This document shows positions 8,265 through 17,209 of a stretch of DNA of 64,000 nt, piece after piece. Made by a program: the position numbers and the translations under genes. The notes under the pieces are model-generated. The model was not told where the DNA came from. It was given only the letters and a program-made list of their open reading frames with translations, and did not search any database. The stretch is from assembly GCA_020636045.1 (NCBI GenBank), contig JACJYP010000006.1, forward strand, positions 5,733 to 69,732, in the 5' to 3' direction. Within the stretch, counting starts at the first letter, position 1. Every line of letters begins with the position of its first letter. The DNA comes from Lewinellaceae bacterium. Its GTDB lineage: Bacteria; Bacteroidota; Bacteroidia; Chitinophagales; Saprospiraceae.

Positions 8265-10766
8265 TCATTCCTGCCAGTACACCCGCTTCACCCGCTCCGA
8301 AATATTGGTGAACACCTCATAGGGTATCGTCTGGAGGCAAGCCGCCAGCACCTGTACGGGCGGATCTTCACCGAAAATGGTCACCTCGTCTCCTTCGGCT
8401 GCCTCGGGAATGTGCGTCACGTCGATCATGGACATGTCCATGCAGATGTTGCCGATCGTAGGCGCCTGCCGGCCGCGCACGCTCACGGAATAGCGCCCGT
8501 TGCCCGCCAGGCGCAGGAAACCGTCGGCGTAGCCGATGCTGATGGTGGCGATGCGCGCGTCGGCGCCGACGGGTCCGTTGCGGTTGTAGCCGACTGTTTC
8601 GCCCGCCCGCACCTGCCTGATCTGGCTGATCGTGGCTTTCAGCACGTTCACCACGCGCAACTGGCCCTGCATTTCCCCTGCATCGACGCCGTAAAGCCCG
8701 ATGCCGAGCCGCACCATATCATAGTGGTATTGCGGAAAACGGGCGATGCCGCCGGAGTTGACGATATGGCGCAGGGGGGCGTAGCCAAGCGTAGCCCCGA
8801 TCTGTTCGTAAGCGGCGTGGAATGCGGCAGCCTGGCGGTGTGTAAAATCGTCGTGCCCCGCGGCGTCGCTCGCCGACAGGTGCGAAAAAACGGAACGCAC
8901 TTCCAGTTCCGGATGTGCGCGCAGGAGCGCCAGGAGTTCTGGCAGATCGCTCTCATCAAAACCGAGGCGGTGCATTCCGGTATCGAGTTTCAGGTGGATC
9001 GCCAGGCGTTTGCCGCCGCCGGAAAAACGGATGAGTTCGCCGAGCAGCCGCAGGCTGTATATCTCTGGCTCGAGGCGGTAGCGGTACATGGCGTCGAAGC
9101 CCGAGGGTTCGGGATTCAGCACGAGAACGGGCAGATTCACACCCGTCTGGCGCAATTCGATGCCCTCGTCGGCGTAGGCTACGCCGAGATAATCGACCTT
9201 GTGGAATTCGAGCAATTTGGCCACTTCCGCCGAGCCGCTGCCGTAACCCGCAGCTTTTACCATCGCCAGCATGCGGGTGCCGGGTTGCAGCAGGCGGTGG
9301 TATGCCTTCAGGTTGTGGATGAGCGCGGTAAGATTGACTTCCAGCGCCGTTTTGTGCGCCTTTTGCTCGAGCCGGCGGGCAATGCGTTCGAACGCGAAAG
9401 GGCGCGCGCCTTTGAGCAGGATCACCGCACCGCTGAAATCGTGTTGCGGCAGCGCCGCCATAAACGCATCCGTATCGGGGTAAAAATAGGCGTCGGTGTC
9501 CGGCGGCAGGGCAGCGCCGATCGAGGGGATATCGGCGCCGATGCCGATCAGCCGCCCTACTTTATGCTCCGCAACCAGCGCAGCCACTTTTTCATACAGC
9601 TGCCTGCGTTTCAGACCGCTTTGCAGGATGTCCGACAGGATCAAGGTCAGTTTGCCGCTGCGCGCCTGCTGCGCGGCGAATTGCAGGGCAATGCGCAGCG
9701 AAGCCAGGTCGTTGTTGTAAAAATCGTTGATCAGGGTGCTTTGCTGGATGCCGGCTTTTAGTTCGAGGCGCATTTCCACCGGCTCGAGGCGCGGCAGGCG
9801 CGCCTGTATCTGTTCCGGGGAAATGCCAAACCAGTGCAACAGTGCCAGGCAGTGCGCTGTGTTCTCGATGGCGGCGGCATCCGTAAAAGGGATCTGCACT
9901 TCGTATTGCTCGTGTGTTTTACCCGTCGGAACATTCGCAAACGATACCTGAAGCGCGGTGCGTCCTTCTGCCTGCGCGACCTGTGTGCTTATCTGCATAT
10001 CTGCCGCGTTGCCGCCGGCCGACCAGCAAAATAACCGCCGTTCCGCTTTTGCTGTACGCCATTCCTGCGCAGCCTGGAATACCGATTCGTGATCGGCACA
10101 GCAGATCAGCACCTGCGCGTGTCCGAACAGCAGCATCTTTTCCCGCACTTTTTCCGTTTTTGAAGAAAAGCCCTCGCGGTGCGCCGGCCCGATATTGGTG
10201 AAAATGCCGATGGTCGGCCGGATAATGCGCTCCAGCCGTTCCATTTCTCCGGGCTGCGAAATGCCCGCTTCAAAAAGTGCAAGGGTATTTTCTTCCCGCA
10301 TTTGCCATACCGAAAGGGGCACGCCTGTCTGCGAATTATAACTTTTGGGACTGCGCACGACATCGAAATCGGGCGCCAGCAGCTGGTACAGCCATTCCTT
10401 TACCACGGTTTTGCCATTGCTGCCCGTGATGCCCACGACGGGGATATGAAAATGCGCCCGGTGTGCCGCGGCGAGGCTTTGCAGCGCGTCGAGGGTATCC
10501 TCTACGAGCAACACGTTGGCGTCCGGCATATGCGTCAGGTCGATTTGCCGGCTCAGCACAAAATGCCGGACGCCCGCGCGATAGGCTTCTTCTGCGTGGC
10601 GATGCCCGTCGTGCCGTTCGCCCCGGATGGCAAAAAACAGGGAATAAGCCGGCGCCGAAACGTGGCGGCTGTCGAGCAACAGGCGTTCTATTGGCGCCAT
10701 CGGGTCTGCCTGCTGCTGCCACGTAGCGCCGATGATGTGCAGGATATTATCGAGGGTGTACGTCAT
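8265..10766 (-). CDS. murF: Bifunctional UDP-MurNAc-tripeptide--D-Ala-D-Ala ligase (MurF) / alanine racemase (Alr)
   Basis: The N-terminal half has the Mur ligase P-loop GITGSNGKTVVKEW. The C-terminal half has the alanine racemase PLP-lysine context LAMVKAAGYGSG and typical downstream segments (HLKLDTGMHRLG, GYADG). Confidence 0.9.
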   Translation of the reverse strand: MTYTLDNILHIIGATWQQQADPMAPIERLLLDSRHVSAPAYSLFFAIRGERHDGHRHAEEAYRAGVRHFVLSRQIDLTHMPDANVLLVEDTLDALQSLAAAHRAHFHIPVVGITGSNGKTVVKEWLYQLLAPDFDVVRSPKSYNSQTGVPLSVWQMREENTLALFEAGISQPGEMERLERIIRPTIGIFTNIGPAHREGFSSKTEKVREKMLLFGHAQVLICCADHESVFQAAQEWRTAKAERRLFCWSAGGNAADMQISTQVAQAEGRTALQVSFANVPTGKTHEQYEVQIPFTDAAAIENTAHCLALLHWFGISPEQIQARLPRLEPVEMRLELKAGIQQSTLINDFYNNDLASLRIALQFAAQQARSGKLTLILSDILQSGLKRRQLYEKVAALVAEHKVGRLIGIGADIPSIGAALPPDTDAYFYPDTDAFMAALPQHDFSGAVILLKGARPFAFERIARRLEQKAHKTALEVNLTALIHNLKAYHRLLQPGTRMLAMVKAAGYGSGSAEVAKLLEFHKVDYLGVAYADEGIELRQTGVNLPVLVLNPEPSGFDAMYRYRLEPEIYSLRLLGELIRFSGGGKRLAIHLKLDTGMHRLGFDESDLPELLALLRAHPELEVRSVFSHLSASDAAGHDDFTHRQAAAFHAAYEQIGATLGYAPLRHIVNSGGIARFPQYHYDMVRLGIGLYGVDAGEMQGQLRVVNVLKATISQIRQVRAGETVGYNRNGPVGADARIATISIGYADGFLRLAGNGRYSVSVRGRQAPTIGNICMDMSMIDVTHIPEAAEGDEVTIFGEDPPVQVLAACLQTIPYEVFTNISERVKRVYWQE

Positions 10767-10869
10767 ACGACGCGAAATTGAGGGATTTCCGGATAATTTG
10801 TCTGGCTCATCCTATTTTTGCGCCTGCCCGGGTATCATCCGGGGCATTATTCAGATCAAACGATACCGC

Positions 10870-11295
10870 TTGGAACTGCCGGTCAATTCTCTTGCCGAAC
10901 TGGAAACCTGCATCCCCGCGGTGCTGGATGCGCTCGACGGCCGCCGAAAGATCGCCCTCTACGGCGAAATGGGCGCTGGAAAAACGAGCTTCGTCGCTGC
11001 GTTTTGCCGTTATCTGGGCGTTCGCGATACCACGGCAAGTCCGACCTTTTCACTTATCAATCAATATAGGTACGTTCTTTCCGACGGATCCACGGCGCTG
11101 TTCCACCACCTCGACCTTTACCGGCTGAACACGCCGCAGGAAGCGCTCGACATCGGCATCGAAGACCTGCTGTACGACCCCTGGTACTGCGTGATCGAGT
11201 GGCCGCAGCTGGCTGAATCGCTGCTGCCGGACGGTTTTGCGAAAATTCAGATTGAAATAACCGGCGAAACTTCCCGGCGAATTATAATTTTGTAA
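10870..11295 (+). CDS. tsaE: tRNA t6A37 biosynthesis ATPase TsaE
   Basis: P-loop GEMGAGKTSF and SPTFSLINQY motif. No in-frame ATG lies between the divergent murF start and the P-loop. The TTG at 10870 gives the usual ~32 residues before the P-loop. The listed ATG at 10732 would overlap murF. Confidence 0.75.
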   Translation: MELPVNSLAELETCIPAVLDALDGRRKIALYGEMGAGKTSFVAAFCRYLGVRDTTASPTFSLINQYRYVLSDGSTALFHHLDLYRLNTPQEALDIGIEDLLYDPWYCVIEWPQLAESLLPDGFAKIQIEITGETSRRIIIL

Positions 11296-11411
11296 ATGAA
11301 TGCCTTGCCGTTGCCGCAGGTTTTCACCCGCAGGGCATTCCGATAACACTTCAAAGCGCTTTCCGAAACGTCGCGGCTTCCTGCGCAGTCAGCTGCCATA
11401 AACTTGTTCTA

Positions 11412-12605
11412 ATGGAAACCCTTTCAGTACCACGCACCAAGGCCGAAATGTTGCAGGTGCACCCAAAGCAACAACGCCTGTTTATCGGCATCCCCAGGGA
11501 AACCACCCTGCAGGAAAACCGCGTGGCGCTGGTGCCGCATTCGGTTGCGACCCTCACGGCGCACGGCCACAAGGTTGTCGTGGAAACGGGCGCAGGCGAA
11601 AAAACCAAATTTACCGACCACGACTATTCGGAGGCAGGAGCCGAGATCGCCCACAGCAGGGAAGATGTGTTCAAAGCCGACGTGCTGCTCAAAGTCGCGC
11701 CGCCGGTGCTGGAAGAGGTGGACCTGATGCGCCCCAACCAGGTGCTGATCTCGCCCATCCATCTGCCCCTGCTCGACCCCGAGTACATCGTGAAACTGCA
11801 AAAAAAGCGGGTCATTGCGCTTGCAATGGAGTATATCCGCGACGACGATACGGGCATGTTCCCCATCGTGCATGTGATGAGCGAGATCGCCGGTATCAGC
11901 GCCATCCTCATCGCGGCCGAGTTGCTGGCGACCACCCGCGGCGGCAAGGGCGTGCTGCTGGGCGGCATCGCCGGGGTGCCGCCGGCCAAGGTGATCATTC
12001 TGGGCGCCGGAGTCGTGGCCGAATTCTCCACCCGTACGGCGCTGGGCCTCGGCGCCGAAGTGCGCATCATCGACAACAATGTGTACAAACTCATGCGCCT
12101 GCAAAATCAGGTGGGGCGGCAGTTGCACACCTCGGTCGTCAATCCGGCTCATCTGCGCGAGCAACTGCTGACGGCCGACGTTGCCATCGGCGCCGTGCAT
12201 TCGCGGCAGGGCCGAACGCCGGTGCTGGTATCGGATGACATCGTCCGGAGTATGAAACCCGGCTCGGTGATCGTGGATGTGAGCATCGACCAGGGGGGCT
12301 GCTTCGAAACCTCCGTTGCCACCACCCATGAGAAGCCGACGTTCGAAAAACACGGGGTGATCCACTATTGCGTGCCCAATATCGCCTCCAGGGTAGCGGG
12401 CACCGCATCCGACGCCATCAGCAATATCCTCACGTCGCTGCTGTTGAAAGCGGAGTCGGGAGGCATCCTGCCGCTGATCACCAGCCACGAAGGCCTGCGC
12501 AACGGCGTTTATACCTACAAAGGTTGCCTGACCAATACCTACCTGGGCGAGCGTTTCGATCTGAAAAGCACCAGCCTGGATCTGCTCATCACCTCCGATT
12601 TTTGA
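11412..12605 (+). CDS. ald: Alanine dehydrogenase-family (AlaDH/PNT) NAD-dependent dehydrogenase
   Basis: IGIPRETTLQENRVALVP N-terminal domain and Rossmann motif VIILGAGVVAEF. Length and layout fit Ald with a short N-terminal extension. Confidence 0.8.
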   Translation: METLSVPRTKAEMLQVHPKQQRLFIGIPRETTLQENRVALVPHSVATLTAHGHKVVVETGAGEKTKFTDHDYSEAGAEIAHSREDVFKADVLLKVAPPVLEEVDLMRPNQVLISPIHLPLLDPEYIVKLQKKRVIALAMEYIRDDDTGMFPIVHVMSEIAGISAILIAAELLATTRGGKGVLLGGIAGVPPAKVIILGAGVVAEFSTRTALGLGAEVRIIDNNVYKLMRLQNQVGRQLHTSVVNPAHLREQLLTADVAIGAVHSRQGRTPVLVSDDIVRSMKPGSVIVDVSIDQGGCFETSVATTHEKPTFEKHGVIHYCVPNIASRVAGTASDAISNILTSLLLKAESGGILPLITSHEGLRNGVYTYKGCLTNTYLGERFDLKSTSLDLLITSDF

Positions 12606-12626
12606 TCGGGGAAACAATCGGCGGGT

Positions 12627-12977
12627 TCATTTCAATTTCTTGTTGGCGGCGTGCCGGGCGGCATCGCGAACCGTCTTTTTCTCCATGTTTTTCCGGAGCG
12701 CCTCGGTGAGATCGACGCCGGTCTGGTTGGCCAGGCAGATCAGTACGAACAGCACGTCGGCCATTTCGTCGGCCAGGTCGGTGCGTGCCGAGGCGGCCAG
12801 GTCGGGCGTTTTGAATGACTGTTCGCCGTAGAGGCGCGCCATCAGCCGCGCTACTTCGCCCACTTCTTCCATCAGGATGGCGGTATTGGTGAGTTCGCCG
12901 TAGTATCGGACGCCTATGCTGCGTATCCAGGTGTCCACGGTCGTTTGTGCTTCCTGTAATGTCATCGGATGTGTCAT
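12627..12977 (-). CDS. MazG-like nucleotide pyrophosphohydrolase
   Basis: Small all-helical protein with EEVGEVARL and ADEMADVLFVLICLAN metal-binding helices typical of MazG-type NTP-PPases. The start codon directly abuts the upstream stop (TAAATG). Confidence 0.8.
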   Translation of the reverse strand: MTHPMTLQEAQTTVDTWIRSIGVRYYGELTNTAILMEEVGEVARLMARLYGEQSFKTPDLAASARTDLADEMADVLFVLICLANQTGVDLTEALRKNMEKKTVRDAARHAANKKLK

Positions 12978-14000
12978 TTATGCCCATACGCTGCACCCTT
13001 CCGTGCAGTTCTGGCAGATATCGATCTGATCGCGGCCTTTAAGGATGGCCCTGCGAAAATCATTGTAAGCCCGGCTGTGCCAAAGATCCTGGAAAGAACT
13101 TTTTTTCAGGTCGCCGAGGGTGTGCAGGGCGTCCTTGTCAAAGCAGCAGGGCACCACAAGCCCGTTCCAGGTGATCACGCAGGAATGCCAGAGTTTCCAG
13201 CACTGATTGGCCAGCGTATGTTTCACCACCCAGCGGCCGTCGGGGCCCTGACGGTAGCGCGCGTAACGGTCGTTTTGCGGGATCAGCGGATTGCCCTGCT
13301 CGTAGTCGTACACCTGCGCCGTTTTTAATTTTACCTCGTCCACGCCGATCTCGCGCGCCAGGCGATATATCTCCGGGATCTGGTGTTCGTTGGGTCGCAC
13401 AACGAGAAACTGGAACACAATATGCGGCCGCCTGCTTTTCAGCCGTTTTTTCCAGGCAACCACGTTGCGGGCGCCCTGCAGCACATGCTCCAGTTTGCCG
13501 CCGATGCGGTATTGCGCGTACACATCCTGTGTGGTGCCGTCCACGGAAATGATGAGGCGGTCGAGCCCCGACTCCACAGTACGCCGGGCGTTCGCGTCGT
13601 TGAGAAAATGGCCGTTGGTACTTGTGATGGTGAAAATGCGGCGCCGGTGCGCGTAGGCCACCATATCGAGAAAATCAGGATGGATATACGGCTCTCCCTG
13701 GAAATAGAAGATCAGGTAAAACAGGTCGCGGTGCATCTCATCCACGATGTTCCTGAAAAAACCGGCCTTGAGATTGCCGGTATCGCGCTGGAACGAACGC
13801 AGTCCGCTCGGGCATTCGGGGCAGCGGAGGTTGCAGGCGGTGGTGGGTTCGATGCTGACCGTGACCGGCATACCCCACTGGATGGGCCTGCGCGTCCATT
13901 TGGATAAATAGAACGAAGACAATACTTTAGCAAAATTCCAGGCGCGTCGTACGCTGAGTTTTGTCAAAAAGTTGAGGCTGTCGTTCAGAAAAATTTTCAT
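12978..14000 (-). CDS. Radical SAM/SPASM domain protein
   Basis: CX3CX2C cluster in EPTTACNLRCPECPSG. C-terminal Cys-rich SPASM region (CWKLWHSCVITWNGLVVPCCFDKD...CQNCTEGC). The listed start at 14084 is a TTG, so I prefer the ATG at 14000 (MKIFLND...). Confidence 0.85.
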   Translation of the reverse strand: MKIFLNDSLNFLTKLSVRRAWNFAKVLSSFYLSKWTRRPIQWGMPVTVSIEPTTACNLRCPECPSGLRSFQRDTGNLKAGFFRNIVDEMHRDLFYLIFYFQGEPYIHPDFLDMVAYAHRRRIFTITSTNGHFLNDANARRTVESGLDRLIISVDGTTQDVYAQYRIGGKLEHVLQGARNVVAWKKRLKSRRPHIVFQFLVVRPNEHQIPEIYRLAREIGVDEVKLKTAQVYDYEQGNPLIPQNDRYARYRQGPDGRWVVKHTLANQCWKLWHSCVITWNGLVVPCCFDKDALHTLGDLKKSSFQDLWHSRAYNDFRRAILKGRDQIDICQNCTEGCSVWA

Positions 14001-14107
14001 CGGAACAAAGGTAGAAGTTTGGCCATGGACCTGCCGTTTTACCTTTGTGCTGATTTTGAAAGTTTTCTGCACTTTCCGACTCAAACATTTTTAAAACAAA
14101 CGGACTT

Positions 14108-14602
14108 ATGACAAAGGAAACCAAGGGCGCAAAAGGGAAAAACCGGGAAACCATATTGCTCGTCATTGTGGCCCTGTTCGGGCTGGCGGGCCTGATCGCC
14201 CTGCAGGTGTCGCGCAAAAACGCGACCGGCGGCCGCACGGAAGACCGCGCCGTGGTGCAGGTGGAAAATGCGGAGGGCGACAACCCCGAGGCATCGGCGC
14301 CGATCCAGAAGATACCCGGCGAATTGCTGCGCACCAGCGAATACCCCGAGGCCGGCAAACCGTTCAGGTTTTTCATGAGCAAATACAGCCAGGGACCGGA
14401 ATACGAACTCGATTTCGGCGACGGCTCGCCACGCAAAAAATTTGTGGACGGCGCCGTGCAGCACACCTTCCGGAAGCACGGCCCCTGCGTGGTGACGCTC
14501 TATGCGCGTTACGAAGGCCAGGAAGTGGCCCTCGATACCTTGCGCAAGATCGTGGCGCGGGTAAAGGAAGATGCACCGATCGCGCCGATCCTCGACTTTT
14601 GA
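14108..14602 (+). CDS. Membrane-anchored PKD-like domain protein
   Basis: N-terminal TM (ILLVIVALFGLAGLIAL), then a single domain with the PKD-type LDFGDGSP...HTF...G...V motif. Confidence 0.6.
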   Translation: MTKETKGAKGKNRETILLVIVALFGLAGLIALQVSRKNATGGRTEDRAVVQVENAEGDNPEASAPIQKIPGELLRTSEYPEAGKPFRFFMSKYSQGPEYELDFGDGSPRKKFVDGAVQHTFRKHGPCVVTLYARYEGQEVALDTLRKIVARVKEDAPIAPILDF

Positions 14603-14716
14603 GGCATTTGTACCCAAGCATATTTATTTTCCCGAACATTTGGCAGGCAGCGCCTTTTAAGTAGTTTTGTCGCAAGCCAACCCTCCTTTAATTATCTCTC
14701 TTTAACTCAGAAAGGA

Positions 14717-15724
14717 ATGAAGAAAATCGGAATTTTACACGGCAAGGAATCCTCGTTCCCCGAAGCCTTCGTGGAGCGCATCAACGCCAAAAAGGTCAAA
14801 GGCGTGCACGCCGAGCCGACACTCGTCGATGAACTGATGCAGGGCGAGTCCAGCGGCTACGCCGTTATGATCGACCGGATCAGCCAGGACGTGCCCTTTT
14901 ACCGCGCTTACCTGAAAAACGCCGCATTGAACGGCACGGCGGTACTGAACAACCCGTTCTGGTGGAGTGCCGACGAGAAATTTTTCAACAACTGCCTGTC
15001 GACCAAGATCGGCGTGCCGGTGCCGCGCACGGTATTGCTTCCCTCCAAACAGATGCCGCCGGATACCAGCGCGCAGAGTTTCCGGAATATGAAATATCCG
15101 CTGGACTGGGAGAAAATGATCGATTACCTGGGCGGTTTTCCGTTGTTCATGAAACCGCACGCCGGCGGAGGCTGGAAGAACGTTTACAAGGTCAATAACT
15201 TCGACGAGTTTTTCCGCGACTACAACGAAACGAACACGCTGGTCATGCTCCTGCAGGAAGCCATTGATTTCGACGCCTATTTCCGCTGCTATTGCCTTGG
15301 CGGCAAATATGTGCGCATCATGGACTACGAGCCGCGCAACCCGCACCACCTGCGCTATGTGGCCGACCACAAAGTATCGAAAGCCCTGCGCGACCAGATG
15401 CACGAACTGGTTTTGCGCATCAACCACGCCCTGGGCTACGACTTCAATACAGTAGAATTTGCCATACGCGACGGCGTGCCGTACGCCATCGACTTTTGCA
15501 ACCCCGCTCCCGACGCCGACGTGAACTCTGTCGGGGAGGAAAATTTCGAATGGGTGGTGGAAAATGCGGCCAATATGGCGATCGAACGGGCGCTGGCGCA
15601 CAAAGACGGCGGCAACAACCTTACCTGGGGCCATTTTGTACAGGACTCCGTAGCGGGCAAAATGTCGTCCGTTTCGGAAGCTGCCGCGCCGAAAAAAGGC
15701 AAGGTTTCCAAAGCAAAAAAGTAG
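14717..15724 (+). CDS. ATP-grasp domain protein of unknown specificity
   Basis: ATP-grasp landmarks FPLFMKPHAGGGWKNVYKV, VMLLQEAIDF and NTVEFAIRDGVPYAIDFCN. Lys-rich C-terminal tail. Confidence 0.7.
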   Translation: MKKIGILHGKESSFPEAFVERINAKKVKGVHAEPTLVDELMQGESSGYAVMIDRISQDVPFYRAYLKNAALNGTAVLNNPFWWSADEKFFNNCLSTKIGVPVPRTVLLPSKQMPPDTSAQSFRNMKYPLDWEKMIDYLGGFPLFMKPHAGGGWKNVYKVNNFDEFFRDYNETNTLVMLLQEAIDFDAYFRCYCLGGKYVRIMDYEPRNPHHLRYVADHKVSKALRDQMHELVLRINHALGYDFNTVEFAIRDGVPYAIDFCNPAPDADVNSVGEENFEWVVENAANMAIERALAHKDGGNNLTWGHFVQDSVAGKMSSVSEAAAPKKGKVSKAKK

Positions 15725-15744
15725 ACCTAAAAAGGTCATTACAG

Positions 15745-15790
15745 AATAAAAAAGAGCCATCCCGGCAATGTGCGCGGGATGGCTCCTGTA
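15745..15790 (-). terminator. Bidirectional rho-independent terminator (rplI operon / ATP-grasp gene)
   Basis: Perfect 11-bp stem GAGCCATCCCG (15754..15764) / CGGGATGGCTC (15775..15785). The minus-strand T-tract is TTTTTTATT, and the plus-strand side is followed by CTGTATTTT. Confidence 0.8.
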
Positions 15791-15808
15791 TTTTCCGGGA
15801 AGCTGGGA

Positions 15809-16342
15809 TCAGGCCTCCGCCTCTTCTTCCGCTTCGGCCTCCGCCTCTTCCGTTTCCGGTTCTTCAACCGGGGCGATCGACGTTTCTACGACCAGCGTGC
15901 CTTCGGGTACTACTTCGAAGTTCACCTCCTGCACCACTTCCGGGTGGAATTTCACCGTGGCGGTGTAAGTGCCGAGTTCCTTTACCTCTTCGGGCATTTC
16001 GATGATGCGCTTGTCAACCTCCACGCCTACTTCTTTCATGGCATTTGCCAGGTGTTGGGCGGTAACGGAGCCGAACAGGCGGCCTGTCTCGCCGGCTTTT
16101 GCCTGCACTTTCAGCGCGGCGCCGGTAATTTTGGCAGCCAGTTCTTTGAGCGAGTCGACGATCGCTGCTTCTTTTTTGGCCGCCTGCTTTTTCAGGCCCT
16201 CCAGGCGGGAGAGGTTGCTTTTGTTGGCAACGATGGCCAGCCCTTTCGGGATCAGGTAGTTGCGGCCGTAGCCGTCTTTTACTTTGACGACTTCGTGCTT
16301 GGCGCCTACCTTGTCAATATGTTCGAGCAGAATGATATTCAT
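15809..16342 (-). CDS. rplI: 50S ribosomal protein L9 with acidic C-terminal extension
   Basis: MNIILLEHIDKVGAKHEVVKVKDGYGRNYLIPKGLA is a canonical L9 N-terminus. The tail is APVEEPETEEAEAEAEEEAEA. Confidence 0.95.
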   Translation of the reverse strand: MNIILLEHIDKVGAKHEVVKVKDGYGRNYLIPKGLAIVANKSNLSRLEGLKKQAAKKEAAIVDSLKELAAKITGAALKVQAKAGETGRLFGSVTAQHLANAMKEVGVEVDKRIIEMPEEVKELGTYTATVKFHPEVVQEVNFEVVPEGTLVVETSIAPVEEPETEEAEAEAEEEAEA

Positions 16343-16396
16343 TGCTGTTGAATTGTTGAGTTTGAAGTTTGGTAGCCGGCCTGCGGCCGGCAGCGT

Positions 16397-16666
16397 TTAT
16401 TTCATCAGGTCGGCCACGAAAGGCAGGATCGCCAGGTGGCGGGCACGCTTTACGGCGGTAGCGACGCGGCGCTGGTATTTCAGGCTGTTGCCTGTGATGC
16501 GGCGCGGCAGCAGTTTGCCCTGTTCGTTGATGAATTGCAGCAGGAAGTCGGGGTCTTTGTAATCAATGTATTTGATGCCGAATTTGCGGAAACGGCAGTA
16601 TTTTTTGCGGCGCAGCCCGATTTTCGGGTTGCTCAGAAATTTTACATCTTCTCTGGAAGCAGCCAT
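16397..16666 (-). CDS. rpsR: 30S ribosomal protein S18
   Basis: [39 protein letters not shown]...[10 protein letters not shown] is canonical S18. Confidence 0.95.
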   Translation of the reverse strand: MAASREDVKFLSNPKIGLRRKKYCRFRKFGIKYIDYKDPDFLLQFINEQGKLLPRRITGNSLKYQRRVATAVKRARHLAILPFVADLMK

Positions 16667-16732
16667 GATATATATGGTTGTTGATGGATGGTTGAATTGT
16701 GAAAAGCCGTCGGTTACGGACAGCCAGTTTGG

Positions 16733-17161
16733 TTACTTTGCATCGAGGTCGACGACTTCGGGTGCGGGTGCCTTTCCTTCGGCAGCCGGTGCAGCTGCAG
16801 CGGCTTCTTCTTCCTCTTTCCGCTTGGAGCCGATGCGTCCGTTGCGCTTGTCGTCGTTGTATTTGATGCCGTACTTGTCGAGTTTTACGGTGAGGAAGCG
16901 AAGAATTCGTTCGCTGCGCTTCATGTTCAACTCGAATTTACCCAACCAATCCGCCACTTCACAGGCGAATTCGATACAAAAATAAACGCCGGAGGAGCGC
17001 TTGTTGATGGGGTAGGCCAGCTGGCGCAGCCCCATTTCATCCAGGGCTACGATGGTAGCCCCGTTGCCCTTGATCTCCTTCTGGATGTTTTCTGCTGTCG
17101 ATTTGACTTCATCGCCCGACAGCACCGGATCTACGATGAAGGTGACTTCGTAATGTCTCAT
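16733..17161 (-). CDS. rpsF: 30S ribosomal protein S6 with Glu/Ala/Pro-rich C-terminal extension
   Basis: MRHYEVTFIVDP start, S6 fold segments, and the gene order rpsF-rpsR-rplI. Confidence 0.95.
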   Translation of the reverse strand: MRHYEVTFIVDPVLSGDEVKSTAENIQKEIKGNGATIVALDEMGLRQLAYPINKRSSGVYFCIEFACEVADWLGKFELNMKRSERILRFLTVKLDKYGIKYNDDKRNGRIGSKRKEEEEAAAAAPAAEGKAPAPEVVDLDAK

Positions 17162-17209
17162 TATCAGTCAGTTGTGAAAAAATATATGAACTTTTTTAGA
17201 AAACGGCTG

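Noticed and set aside
8262-9761. Long antisense ORFs opposite well-supported genes: 8262..9761 (murF/alr), 14735..15760 (ATP-grasp), 17885..18895 and 19406..20323 (glgP), 36822..38099 (M4 protease), 45117..46307 (uvrA), 48356..49492 (nucleotidyltransferase) and 55544..56764 (GH13).
   Set aside because: In each case the opposite strand carries unmistakable family motifs. The antisense products are low-complexity Arg/Gly/His/Val-rich sequences, and several need non-ATG starts. I treat them as GC-driven shadow ORFs.
11424-12617. 397-aa ORF on the minus strand that mirrors the 397-aa ald gene almost end to end.
   Set aside because: The plus-strand product has clear AlaDH/PNT motifs. The antisense translation is Arg/Gly/Ala/His-rich with no motif. 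Long stop-free antisense frames are expected in GC-rich coding DNA.
12978-14000. Radical SAM gene next to a nucleotide pyrophosphatase considered as a viperin-like antiviral module.
   Set aside because: The C-terminal Cys-rich SPASM region and the N-terminal hydrophobic segment do not fit what I recall of prokaryotic viperins. No other defence genes are nearby.
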